Position numbers and translations under genes: made by a program. From contig CAXIUT010000259.1 of the NCBI GenBank assembly GCA_964035545.1, positions 1 through 13,167 of the forward strand: 13,167 bases of DNA, read 5' to 3'. The DNA is from Bugula neritina. Taxonomy: Eukaryota > Animalia > Bryozoa. The notes beneath the pieces were generated by a model, which saw only the letters and a list, made by a program, of their open reading frames with translations, was not told the DNA's origin and searched no databases. Below, piece by piece: positions 1 to 11,228 of this stretch. The first letter of the stretch is position 1; the number at the start of each line of letters is the position of its first letter.

Positions 1-100
1 CCCAACCCCAACCCCAACCCCAACCCCAACCCCAACCCCAACCCCAACCCCAACCCCAACCCCAACCCCAACCCCAACCCCAACCCCAACCCCAACCCCA
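1..100. repeat. Left telomere, (CCCCAA)n, ~16.7 units
   Basis: Perfect CCCCAA tandem array from base 1 to 100. C4A2 is the telomere repeat of Tetrahymena-type ciliates, and the C-rich strand at the 5' end is the orientation expected for a chromosome end. Confidence 0.97.
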
Positions 101-162
101 TATCATAATATAATAGTTATCTTTTATCATATAATTATTTTAATCTGCTTGATAACAAAACA

Positions 163-951
163 ATGTAACTTAACTAAGAATACTAGCTAAAAACAACTCA
201 TCCAGTAATATAAAAAAACATAAAATCTCTTTGCACCTAAATGCTGGACAACTTTTCTTAGCTATAACAGCTATAAAAAGATGCATAGAAATAATAAGAT
301 AAATAATATTTAAGAACAGCTATTACTATTATCAAAAAGATCAGTCAAGAAGTGGCCCAATAAAAAGCTAAATACTAATCTATCAACAAAGAATAACTGA
401 TTCGCAAGAGAACTAATCAGCTAAGCAAAGATATAGGTGTTTTTAGGGAGCATTTGATAACTGTCCAGAAGAATACTAAGAAAATGGACTAATAGTTGAA
501 GACAGTATAGCAGAATATAATAGTGGCATAGTTTTAGAATGAGTGTATTAGAAATGCAAATATAAAGAAGCATAAAATGAAGTAGCAGTCGAAATCATTT
601 TATATTACTTGTGCTGAAACATTAAAAAATAGATAAAATCATCTAATACAAACGAATAGATAAAACAGACCAGAATTTATGATAAATTTGGGAATAAATA
701 GTCGTAGGTAGTATTCCAGGTGTAGGTCATCGGAATCGACTAGGAGAAATACTGGAAATACTGGAAATAATAAAAATGTTAATAAGTTATAAACGGGTAG
801 TAAAATAGGTAAATAGTTGGTGTAAACTTTAAGTAGAAAGAAATAGATAGGTTAAAAAACCAATAGAAATAAAATATATTGGAATAAGAAGAATAAGTGG
901 ACTGAACCTATTGGAGAGCAGTCATTGCAGATATCCAATATTATTGATTGA
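163..951 (+). CDS. Hypothetical protein, 262 aa, coiled-coil-like N-terminal half (table 30)
   Basis: ATG at 163 lies 62 nt inside the telomere after an AT-rich leader. The frame is open to TGA 949-951 with TAA/TAG read as Glu: MELNEEYELKTTHPVIEKNIKSLCTEMLDNFSELEQLEKDAEKEEDKEYLRTAITIIKKISQEVAQEKAKYESINKEELIRKRTNQLSKDIG... No family recognised. Confidence 0.8.
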
Positions 952-996
952 TTTTATGATATGATGTTATGTATATGTATGCAAATAATAAATATA

Positions 997-1644
997 ATGC
1001 GAGTTAAAACTCCATCTCGTACATTGACTTCAGTCGATCGGCAGCCTCTAACTATGGCTCATAAAAATATAAGCATTTGTCCGTTTTTTAATGAAAAGAT
1101 CAGTCAGAATAGCAAAATAGCAGTGAGTGAGAAATTGCATCATTCGCATCATAACTTCCAGAACCAAGGAGAGCTTTATATGCAAAATATCAGTTTTAGT
1201 AGTACAAATAGTGCAAGAAAAACAAAGAATAACAATCCTTAACTACGATCTGAACTCTTTTCTAAAGTACTCAAGTTCAATAGCACACTAAGTTCACAAC
1301 TTCATCGATCTTTTGCTAGTAAAGACGAATCTATTTAACTAAAACCAAAAAAATCAATGTCAAAAAGGATGTAACATCCTCTATTTACTAATAGTCAGGT
1401 AATAACTTCTAGTCGTATGAAATCTATAAGAAAAGATATGTAAAATAAATTTTATAGAACAAGACTGATTCTTAAATAAGAGAACAAATTGCAAAAATAC
1501 CAGCAAATACAAAAGATATATTAAACAAAAAAGAAAAAGGGAATAATTGGTGATAGTGTAAGCAAAGTAACTAATGCGTATTCGCCTTGGCATAGAAATA
1601 TAAAAGATATTGAAGGCGAAGACTACTTGTAGTATAAAGGTTGA
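997..1644 (+). CDS. Hypothetical basic, Ser/Lys-rich protein, 215 aa (table 30)
   Basis: Extends track ORF 961..1242 through TAA 1240-1242 to TGA 1642-1644: MRVKTPSRTLTSVDRQPLTMAHK...AYSPWHRNIKDIEGEDYLEYKG*. ATG 997 follows an A-rich leader; in-frame ATGs from 961 are alternatives. Confidence 0.72.
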
Positions 1645-1745
1645 TAATAACATTCTTTTTATCTTTATTTCTTTAGAATAATAAATAAAGAGATAATTAT
1701 CTCTTAAAGAATAGTAAATAAAGAGATAATAAAATTAAATAAAAA

Positions 1746-2687
1746 TCATTTTTTTTTACCACCAAAAAAATCAATATCCTAGAACTGCATTTCCTCTTCA
1801 ACATCCATTTTCTCGTACTCCTGTTCGATATTATTCTATTTGATAAGGGTCTACAGTTGATTATGGCAATCAAAACACCCGCATTTAGTGGTACATTTTA
1901 AATGGTTATTAAAACACTAGCAATATTTTTTCAAACACTGACTCTTCTGGCAAGAACATCCCTTCAATTTGGTATTATTCAACTACTTTAGTCTAGATGA
2001 ACTGTGCTAGTGATTTTCGCATAGCTAGCATCGACACATAACTCCACAGTAGACTCCTTTCGACAGGCACTAGCAGTATAGTTTTAGACATCTTGTCTTC
2101 TTGCACGAACACATGTTGGTATTCTTATGTGGTAGATTTGTCTTTAAAGTCAAACAGTTAGGACAGCATTAAGGTGCGCAAGGAAATGGTGATAAAAAAC
2201 AGTTGCAGTTGTAGTTCAAACACTAACCTGCGACGAAGCAGACGCAGTTGTGTATTTTAGGGATTATGTTATGCGCCTATATCTTTGATGAGGGTTTTTA
2301 GTGTTGGCTGGAACTGTTCTAGGAATTGGAATTTTAGTTGGATGAGGAGATGTTGTTAGTTTTGTTTTGTTTGTTTTTTTATTTTATAACGCCCTATGAT
2401 AGCTTGGTATCGCTGATGTTACGGTGGAGGGATTTGCTTGCTTTGCTGTGTTATTTATGCTATTTTGCTAAACGATTCAAGAGATCGGAGTCGCGGGATT
2501 GTCTGCTTTTGCCTGAGTTGATGCTATGACTGAATATTTATAGTAGATACAGTTAGAAATTTGAGCGGTAGGGCGTGAGATGGTATGATTAGTCGATTAG
2601 TGCGAATAGATTACGAGAATGGGAGAAAGAATTGTGAGAAGATGATGAGTTCTTTTGGTTTGAGCTGGATGATGACTCGACGTCCAT
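1746..2687 (-). CDS. Tesmin/TSO1/LIN54-like CXC (CRC) domain protein, 313 aa
   Basis: Single frame from ATG (2687) to TGA (1746-1748). Two canonical CXC repeats are present: CSCKKTRCLKLYCECLSKGVYCGVMCRCELCEN (~2111-2013) and [35 protein letters not shown] (~1965-1860). An extra Cys cluster precedes them, and the N-terminus is low-complexity Ser/Asn. Confidence 0.93.
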
Positions 2688-2815
2688 TTTTTTTGTTATA
2701 AAATTATAAAATGTCAGAAATCAATGTAGTGACTTCTCCTCATTATCATAAACATCATAAATATATTAACCAATATAATAGATGCATTTTCAACACAGAT
2801 AATCCAATAGTAAAA

Positions 2816-4373
<1,558 letters not shown>

Positions 4374-4411
4374 TTGGATTCATATTTAATCAATAATAAT
4401 AAATAGATAGC

Positions 4412-5345
4412 TATGATATATACGGTAGCTACTTTCTTCTAAAATACTTGAAAGCTGAAGATGTTATTTGTTTGCAATTGATATCTTCTTGGAGTTTTAT
4501 AGTTTAAGTTTCTTTTATTTGTTGATTCAATTTATTGTCTTGCTTGATCAGTACTATCTCCAATATCGTAACATTACAAATGCTGGCTGAATATAGAAAA
4601 AGAGCAAAGATGAGTCAGTAAAATTAATTATATTGGGTGATTTATTGTACAAGTTGATAAAACATTTTGATATGATGATCAATGATGATTGTGATGAGAA
4701 GAAAACAAGTATCAAGGAAAGGTTTTAATCAACAGATATTCAATCATTAAGTTTATTATAAGCTTTTTTGGATGAAAGAAAGTTTTAATTCGTGACTAAT
4801 GCAACTTTTTTTATCAAAATGAAATGGAAAGGAAGGAATAAAAAGAACTTATTTAGTTAATTTCACATAAATATAATAGTTAAGAGATGAGTTCTATCTT
4901 TTGAATTTATTTATATTAATAAGGATCGTTATAAATAAATTCAAATAATACCTTTGGGTCGTTAACCTGATTTTTAGTCATCGATTCCTTTGCTCATAAT
5001 AAGTCTTTTTTCTCTTTGCTTGCATACAAAACCTTCGGAATAACCTATTCTTCTCATCCTGGAGGTCGTAGATATTTTTAATCATCTAACAATCACAAAT
5101 TATGCCCATTCTCTATCAGGCACGCGAGCGTGATAAAAAGTTGCCAGAGAGATACTGATAATAATCCATTGAAGTCTATCTAGTTTTAGGTAGATCTAAT
5201 AGCAAGAAATCAGTTATTTGAATGGACTTTATTGGACTTATTATATAATTATCAACTTAATTCTAATTTAAAACTTAGGGAGTTATTTCTAACTCCCCTT
5301 TCTCGTTAAATAAATAACTTTAAAGTCAAAGAAACAAATATATGA
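4412..5345 (+). pseudogene. Possible degenerate coding relic (broken ORF segments)
   Basis: Protein-like segments occur in different frames: ~4412-4501 (LLKYLKAEDVICLQLISSW, weakly F-box-like), 4591-4890 and 4971-5345. They are separated by TGAs or frame changes and have no clear ATG. With only one stop codon, ORFs of this length can arise by chance. Confidence 0.25.
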
Positions 5346-5704
5346 TCTATTTAATTGTACTCATTGTCAATTTTAAAGTCAGTCGTGCTTTTCTTCAATG
5401 AAAAAAATGATTTCTAAGATTATTTTTCAAAATAAGTTTATTTATTATAGATATTTGACCAATAACAAAGTCAATAATAGCTTCTTTATAGGTATTAGGA
5501 TGATAATATTGATAATGTTTATTTAAAAGAATAATGAATTTCTCTAAAATGCTTTTAAACTTAAAATTAATGCTTTTAACTTTATGACCACGAAGCTATC
5601 AAAATTTGAAGAGCTTTGACTGATTTCTATCTTGTGGTATTTATCCGATCAACTCTTTCTGTCTATTGTTTTTATTTTACCCTCATTGAACAACAGAAAG
5701 AACC

Positions 5705-6391
5705 ATGAGATTAAGATCATTCATATTATAGAGTCAAGGGAGTTAAGAAGATGACGTTAATGATCATTCCTTGAGAAATAAAGAGGCCATGATGAAGGTG
5801 TCTAGCCACTGGACTATTGAAGAATAGGTGGTTTACTTTAGTGGATCACTAGAGTTTGCTCTCAAGCATCCTTTTTATACTGTGAGTTGGGGAGAGGAGA
5901 AACCTCAAAGATTTTATTCTTTTGTTGAAGATTATATGTCAGAGATGTTTGGGAGGAAGGTAAAACATATGAAACAATGCAAAGCTCAAGATCAAAATCT
6001 AAGGATAAAATATTATATCAAGGCTAACAAAAAGGTTGATCTTCTTGAGTTGGCTGAAAAAAAGGTTGAATAGTTTATTAAAAAAAATATAAAGTTTTAA
6101 AAATAAAATGGAAAATTGAGTGAGGAAACCAGAGGTCTTCTGAAAAATTTTGATATCTTACTTGAAAGAGTGACTTAAAGTAAAAAGATAATGGAGCAAC
6201 CCAAGGCCTATATAAATGAAGAAAGGAAGTTAACTGCTTTTTCTACTTCTGAATAGGTGCAAAGCTTTATGAAAAAGCTCAAGGTTCGCAATTTGAATAG
6301 TATAAGCCCTTCATCTGGTTCAAATTCATCATAAGAAGCTGAAAAGCCATGTTCAAATAGTGAAAATTTCGGAACTGTTGATGAGAAATGA
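5705..6391 (+). CDS. Myb/SANT-like domain protein, paralog A, 228 aa
   Basis: ATG 5705 to TGA 6389-6391 under table 30. The core SHWTIEEEVVYFSGSLEF...FVEDYMSEMFGRKVKHMKQCKAQDQNL resembles a Myb/SANT repeat (HWTxEE ... QCK helix 3). It aligns without gaps to 8364-9032. The CDS is solid; the family call is by eye. Confidence 0.8.
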
Positions 6392-8363
6392 TAATGATCA
6401 GAGATTCTTAATTATATTTTTAAAATAAGATTTATTCATAATATCTAATATAATATCTAATATATTCATGTAAAAGAAGAATTCAATTTTATTTCGAATA
6501 AAAGAAAAGTAACTAAATTTTAGTTTAAATTTATTATAACCCTTTGAATGTCTCAAATTATATTATGGATAGATATTGTTAGAAGAATTCTAAATCAAAG
6601 TTCTCATATTAATCATTTTTTCGATCAAAAGCAAATAAATTTAGATTTGTCATGAGAATTTTGTTAATTTATTTTTTTCTTCATGTTTTTTATTCAATAA
6701 AAGTGTATCAATAAAGCTCAACAAATAGATATCCTAAAATTAATTAAACTTTAACAGCAATTAATCATTGAAATGATCTAAATTATATTCGAAATATATA
6801 GAAATATTTTTTATCTATTTTTTTACTTGAGACAATGAATAGAAAAGAATAAAATGTGATTTATGTTTAATTTATGATAAAATTGCAGGAAAAAGATCGA
6901 AGGATAGAAGGGATAGTTAAAGATATTTTATTTCATTTAGAATAGTAACCTTGATCTAAATAGAAAATAATACTCAATATTTTGATTTTTTTTTCATATT
7001 AATAGACAAAATTAAAGTAATAACTTTCAGAGCATATCATGATTCGATAAATTGGATTTTTATTGATTTATTTCCAAATAATTCTTATCAGCTTTATCTT
7101 TTATTTTTATCTACTTGATAAATTTTTGATGAAATTGAAATAATTTATGCTTTTATTGATGATAATTAATGAATTTAGAAGCTATATTTAACAAATAGAT
7201 GTTATAATTTGTTTAATTCTAATTTATAAAATATGAATAGATGGATTGAGGATGGTAAATAGTGAGTTAATTTTTTATTATTAAGTTAATTTTAAGATAA
7301 GAAAGATAAAAGAAGATTTTTATTATATTTTGATTGCTGATATTAACATAACTACTTCAATTTAGCTGTTTTCTTATCCTTTTTATCATTTATTAAACAA
7401 TAATTTCAATTGACTTTAAGGAACAATAAAAATAATAAATAAAGATGATTTGTGTTGAAAATGATAACCTAGAGTTATAGTGAATATGTTTATTTATGAT
7501 TTAAAGTGACAGGAAAAAATTTGAATTTATTTTTTTGAAAATGAAAGTAAAACTAATATTTTCTAAAAACTTGTAGATATTGTAGATCTCTCAGTTGAGG
7601 TTGACTCAATGAAACAACTCTTTAGGATCATTATTTAGAAAAAATATTGATCTATTTTATTCTTTTGAATATTTCAGTCAGATAAGAATTTTCAATTTTC
7701 AAGATAAATAAGAGATTGAGGTTATTGTAGGAGACTGCATGAATAAGAGATTTAGAAAAGTATGATCAGATTGATCATAATATCAAGAGAAAATGTTGAA
7801 ATTTTATTAACTTAACTCAACGAAGATCAAGTAAAGAGTCATAAATGTTTTAATTCTAAATAAAAAAGGCTTTATTTCATTGTTTTTTCTGAATTAGGTA
7901 AGATTTTGATACTTATTATAATAATATTACGATAAAATTATTTTTTTGAGCTTAGGGAGTCAATATTAGAAGAAATAAATTTAACTATATATTTAATTTT
8001 TTTATTAGAAATCAACTATTTGAAATATTCTAAACTAATTCTCAAGGTTTTTCATACAATTGATAATCATTTTATTTTTTTCTTCTTTTTCTAAGCTATT
8101 CTTTCTTGAAACCAAATAATTCATTCTGAAAACCACTCTTATATTCTTTATATTCTTTTATAAAATCTTATTATCAAAGAAAGAAAGAATAAAAAAATTG
8201 TTTGAAAGTTATTGGAAATACTTATCGGCAAACAATGCTTCTAAAAAGGATATTTATCTTTTTTTTATGATTGCTGAACTTCAAATGTCTGACTTTTGAC
8301 CAGAGAAATCAAAGTGGAGTATTTATGCTCTCTTTTTTATTATGATTTAATCATACATTTTAC

Positions 8364-9032
8364 ATGAAAGAACTCAATTAAGAACTATTTCCAGGTCTTA
8401 TTTAGTTTTAATCTGATAAACAGCATGTCTCTTTACCTAAAAAACAAGCCACTAAAGTGAGCAACCACTGGAATGAATAGGAGTAGATGGTATACTACTG
8501 TGGAATACTTGAATTTGTTTTAAGCAACCCTTTTTACACGTTGTCTTGGGAGTAGTGGAAGCCAAAACGATTCTACCCTTTCCTTGAAGAGTACATGATT
8601 GATATTTTTGGAGAGGAGGCCAAGAATAGTATTCAATGTAAAACGAAGGATCAAAACCTTAAAACAAAACACTATGTTAGAGCTCAAAAGAAGGTGGATT
8701 TGACTGATTTGGCTTTGAAAAAAGTTGCAGATTATGTTAAGAAAGTGCCTAAGAAGAAATAAATTATTGATATTACATACAAATCAGAACTGATTTTAAA
8801 GAGATGTAAGGAAGTATTGCTAAGAGTTGAGGTGCATTGCAAGATGACAAATGAATCTAAACCTTATGTTCAGGAATTTATCAAACTAATGGTGTTTTCA
8901 AGGACAAATTGGATTGAAAAATTTATGAGAGAATTGAGCGATAACAATAGTCCAAGTTCGACTCCATCATAATTTTAAGAACAATAAGATAAGTAAAAAG
9001 CATAAAAGATTATTGAAGTGGCTTCTAATTGA
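8364..9032 (+). CDS. Myb/SANT-like domain protein, paralog B, 222 aa
   Basis: ATG 8364 to TGA 9030-9032: MKELNEELFPG...KVSNHWNEEEEMVYYCGILEFVLSNPFYTLSWEEWKPKRFYPFLEEYMIDIFGEEAKNSIQCKTKDQNLKTKHYVRAQKKVDLTDLALKKV. Clearly homologous to 5705-6391 and absent from the supplied track. Confidence 0.8.
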
Positions 9033-9907
9033 TAGAAAATCAACAATTATTTTAATTCTATTTATTTATTTTGATAAAATATACACCAAGATAGTTTACT
9101 ATTAAATGAATCAAAAAATATATCAGATATTTTCATCTTAAAACAACTTTTATTTCTATTTTTCTATTTTCTTTGTTTATTTATATTTCATTAATAAGTA
9201 TTTTTATCTATTCTAATTTAGGTGGTATCTATTGATTTATCATGAAGAAATGTGAAGTTTATCAAATGCAGCTTTGATATTAATGTTTATTCTTATCAAT
9301 TCTCATAAATTATCATGAAATTCTTGAGTATTACTCAGGAAAGTTACTTGTTTTTTATGTTTTAATTTATTGATTTTATTTGATAGTATTAGATATGATT
9401 TACTTATAAATACTTTTATTTTTGATAGTAATCTTAAACCTGACGATTGATTGTTCTATTTTTGATGTTTTAGTATTATTATTATTATTATAGTCCTAAA
9501 GTTCAAGTATATTCTTCATGTTAAAAATAAAAATTTTAAAATAAGAATATTAATAACTGAGAGAATCTTTATTAATTCAAAGGAGTTTTTATATAATAAA
9601 TCAAATATAAAGCATATTTTGTGGTGATTTTTATTTTAGACTTCTCAGATTGACTATTCAATCGAATAAAATAGAAATATTATAAAATACAAGAAATAGA
9701 TAGATAACAATTTAGACAATAAATCATAGATAATAATCTTTATTGATAAGTTAGTGATAGTAAAACATGTTTCAGTCATATTGAAGTAGAAACAAGATGA
9801 GTTAACTATATATTTAGACATTTATTAAACAAGATCAGATTGTATATTTCATCTATTTCTACTATTTGATTATTAATTGCAAATCATTGATAATCTATTT
9901 TGACACT

Positions 9908-9988
9908 GGGGTTGGGGTTGGGGTTGGGGTTGGGGTTGGGGTTGGGGTTGGGGTTGGGGTTGGGGTTGGGGTTGGGGTTGGGGTTGGG
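9908..9988. repeat. Right telomere of the minichromosome, (GGGGTT)13 + GGG, now internal
   Basis: Perfect G4T2 array in the orientation opposite to bases 1-100, closing a ~10 kb unit. Confidence 0.96.
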
Positions 9989-9990
9989 TT

Positions 9991-10173
9991 TAATATCATC
10001 TGAAACTCAACAAACAATAAAAACATTTTGTAGCACACTTATTACTAGCAATTTCAACAAAACCAAAAAGAGATCTTGATAATTTATCAATTATATTATA
10101 CTATTTTACTTCTTCATCATTTGCATAGATAGCAGCTTAATATGTCATCAGAAGATATTAAGGATAAGCTTGA
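9991..10173 (+). CDS. Probable 3' fragment of an unknown gene on a separate chromosome-end piece
   Basis: The frame is open from the telomere junction (EYHLKLNKQEKHFVAHLLLAISTKPKRDLDNLSIILYYFTSSSFAEIAAEYVIRRYEGEA*) to TGA 10171-10173, followed by a 142-nt AT-rich trailer and a telomere. It has no start codon and is short enough to be chance. Confidence 0.35.
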
Positions 10174-10315
10174 ATGTTGCCAATAAGAATATTTTCAATA
10201 AAAAATAGTATATTTTTAAGGATAGTTTAGATGATTATCTACTATGATTATGAGGATAATTTTGATATTAATTATAGCTAGTAATCAAATTAGTTCTAAA
10301 ATATTATACAGTTAA

Positions 10316-10402
10316 GGGGTTGGGGTTGGGGTTGGGGTTGGGGTTGGGGTTGGGGTTGGGGTTGGGGTTGGGGTTGGGGTTGGGGTTGGGGTTGGGGTTG
10401 GG
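10316..10402. repeat. Second internal telomere tract, (GGGGTT)14 + GGG
   Basis: Perfect G4T2 array in the same orientation as 9908-9988. Confidence 0.96.
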
Positions 10403-10912
10403 AAGTATAGACGATATAGTCAAAATGATAAAACAGAAATGGTCTTCAAAATATTTTGGTGTAAAATAAGGTCAAGTGTAATTGTCATAATATACCAGTG
10501 CACTCTTATTTCTAGTTGATAGATATTATTTTCTCTACTTGCACTGCCCTTGCTTTATCAACTGGGATCATATTAGTGAACATATAGAGGTGTTAAACTA
10601 ATAAAAATATCAATAACTTTCAGCTGAAAAGAAAGAATAACTTAATTTCTAATCCTTTATCAACAATAAAGAATATAAAAGTGGTAAAATAAATATTTTT
10701 AATCAAAAAAGAATTACATAACAAATATTTGGAGGAAAAATACCATAATCAGTAACAAAAAAAATGCTAAACAGTATAAAATAATGGGTTTAGATAACTT
10801 ATATAAAATCTTAATATGGCAAACGTATTTTCAATGTAAGAAATAAATCAAGAGTTCAATTAGAAAGTTTTATCTAGTTTTAAAAGAATTAAAATTCAAA
10901 ACAATTTATAAT

Positions 10913-10932
10913 GTAATTTTATTATTATTTAG
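10913..10932 (+). other. Candidate 20-nt intron in the nuclease gene
   Basis: GTAATTTTATTATTATTTAG has the same length as the LysRS introns. Splicing joins the long upstream open frame to the frame containing YIVGVD. Confidence 0.6.
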
Positions 10933-11179
10933 ATTATCAAATTGGGATTAATATTTATCAGGTATTGAGAAATAATTCAAGTAAAATAGACATCTTTTTG
11001 TATCAGACAAATATCTACGACTAGAACCTATCATTTAAGAGTAAATTATATTGGGTTAATCATATATTGTTGGAGTAGATGTCTGTAATGTTATTGGTTA
11101 GGTTGATTTATATAAGATCAAAAACATGAAAAGCTAATAAAAAGAGTTATTATATTGTTGATGGTTCGAAAACATTATT

Positions 11180-11228
11180 CAAAAAGTCATATGAAAAACA
11201 CAAAAAGTCATATGAAAAACACAAAAAG
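11180..11228 (+). repeat. 21-nt perfect tandem duplication (2.3 copies), in frame (KKSYEKH KKSYEKH KK)
   Basis: CAAAAAGTCATATGAAAAACA at 11180-11200 and 11201-11221, followed by CAAAAAG. Confidence 0.9.

Noticed and set aside
746-769. GAAATACTG x2.7 microrepeat
   Set aside because: In-frame low-complexity coding slippage (NTGNTGN) with no further significance.
9980-9992. GGGGTTGGGTTTA resembling the Tetrahymena chromosome breakage sequence core (GGTTGGTTTA) or a Paramecium G3T3 variant repeat
   Set aside because: It has an extra G, is fully explained by a truncated telomere abutting TTTA, and Cbs elements are removed on breakage.
9908-10402. CRISPR array or telomere-bearing transposon termini
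   Set aside because: These are simple hexamer arrays without spacers. The two tracts are direct rather than inverted, and no transposase or target-site duplication is visible.
10784-10816. MGLDNLYKIL as the canonical XPG-family start (MGIxGL-like)
   Set aside because: Not adopted as the start. The spacing to VGVD is much longer than usual, and another frame is open from 10404 through this region. It remains a possible alternative, perhaps using introns 10836-10863 and 10913-10932.
11097-11116. Another 20-nt GT..AG candidate intron (GTTAGGTTGATTTATATAAG)
   Set aside because: Splicing it leads into a frame that lacks YYIVDG and stops at ~11236, so it does not repair the gene on its own.
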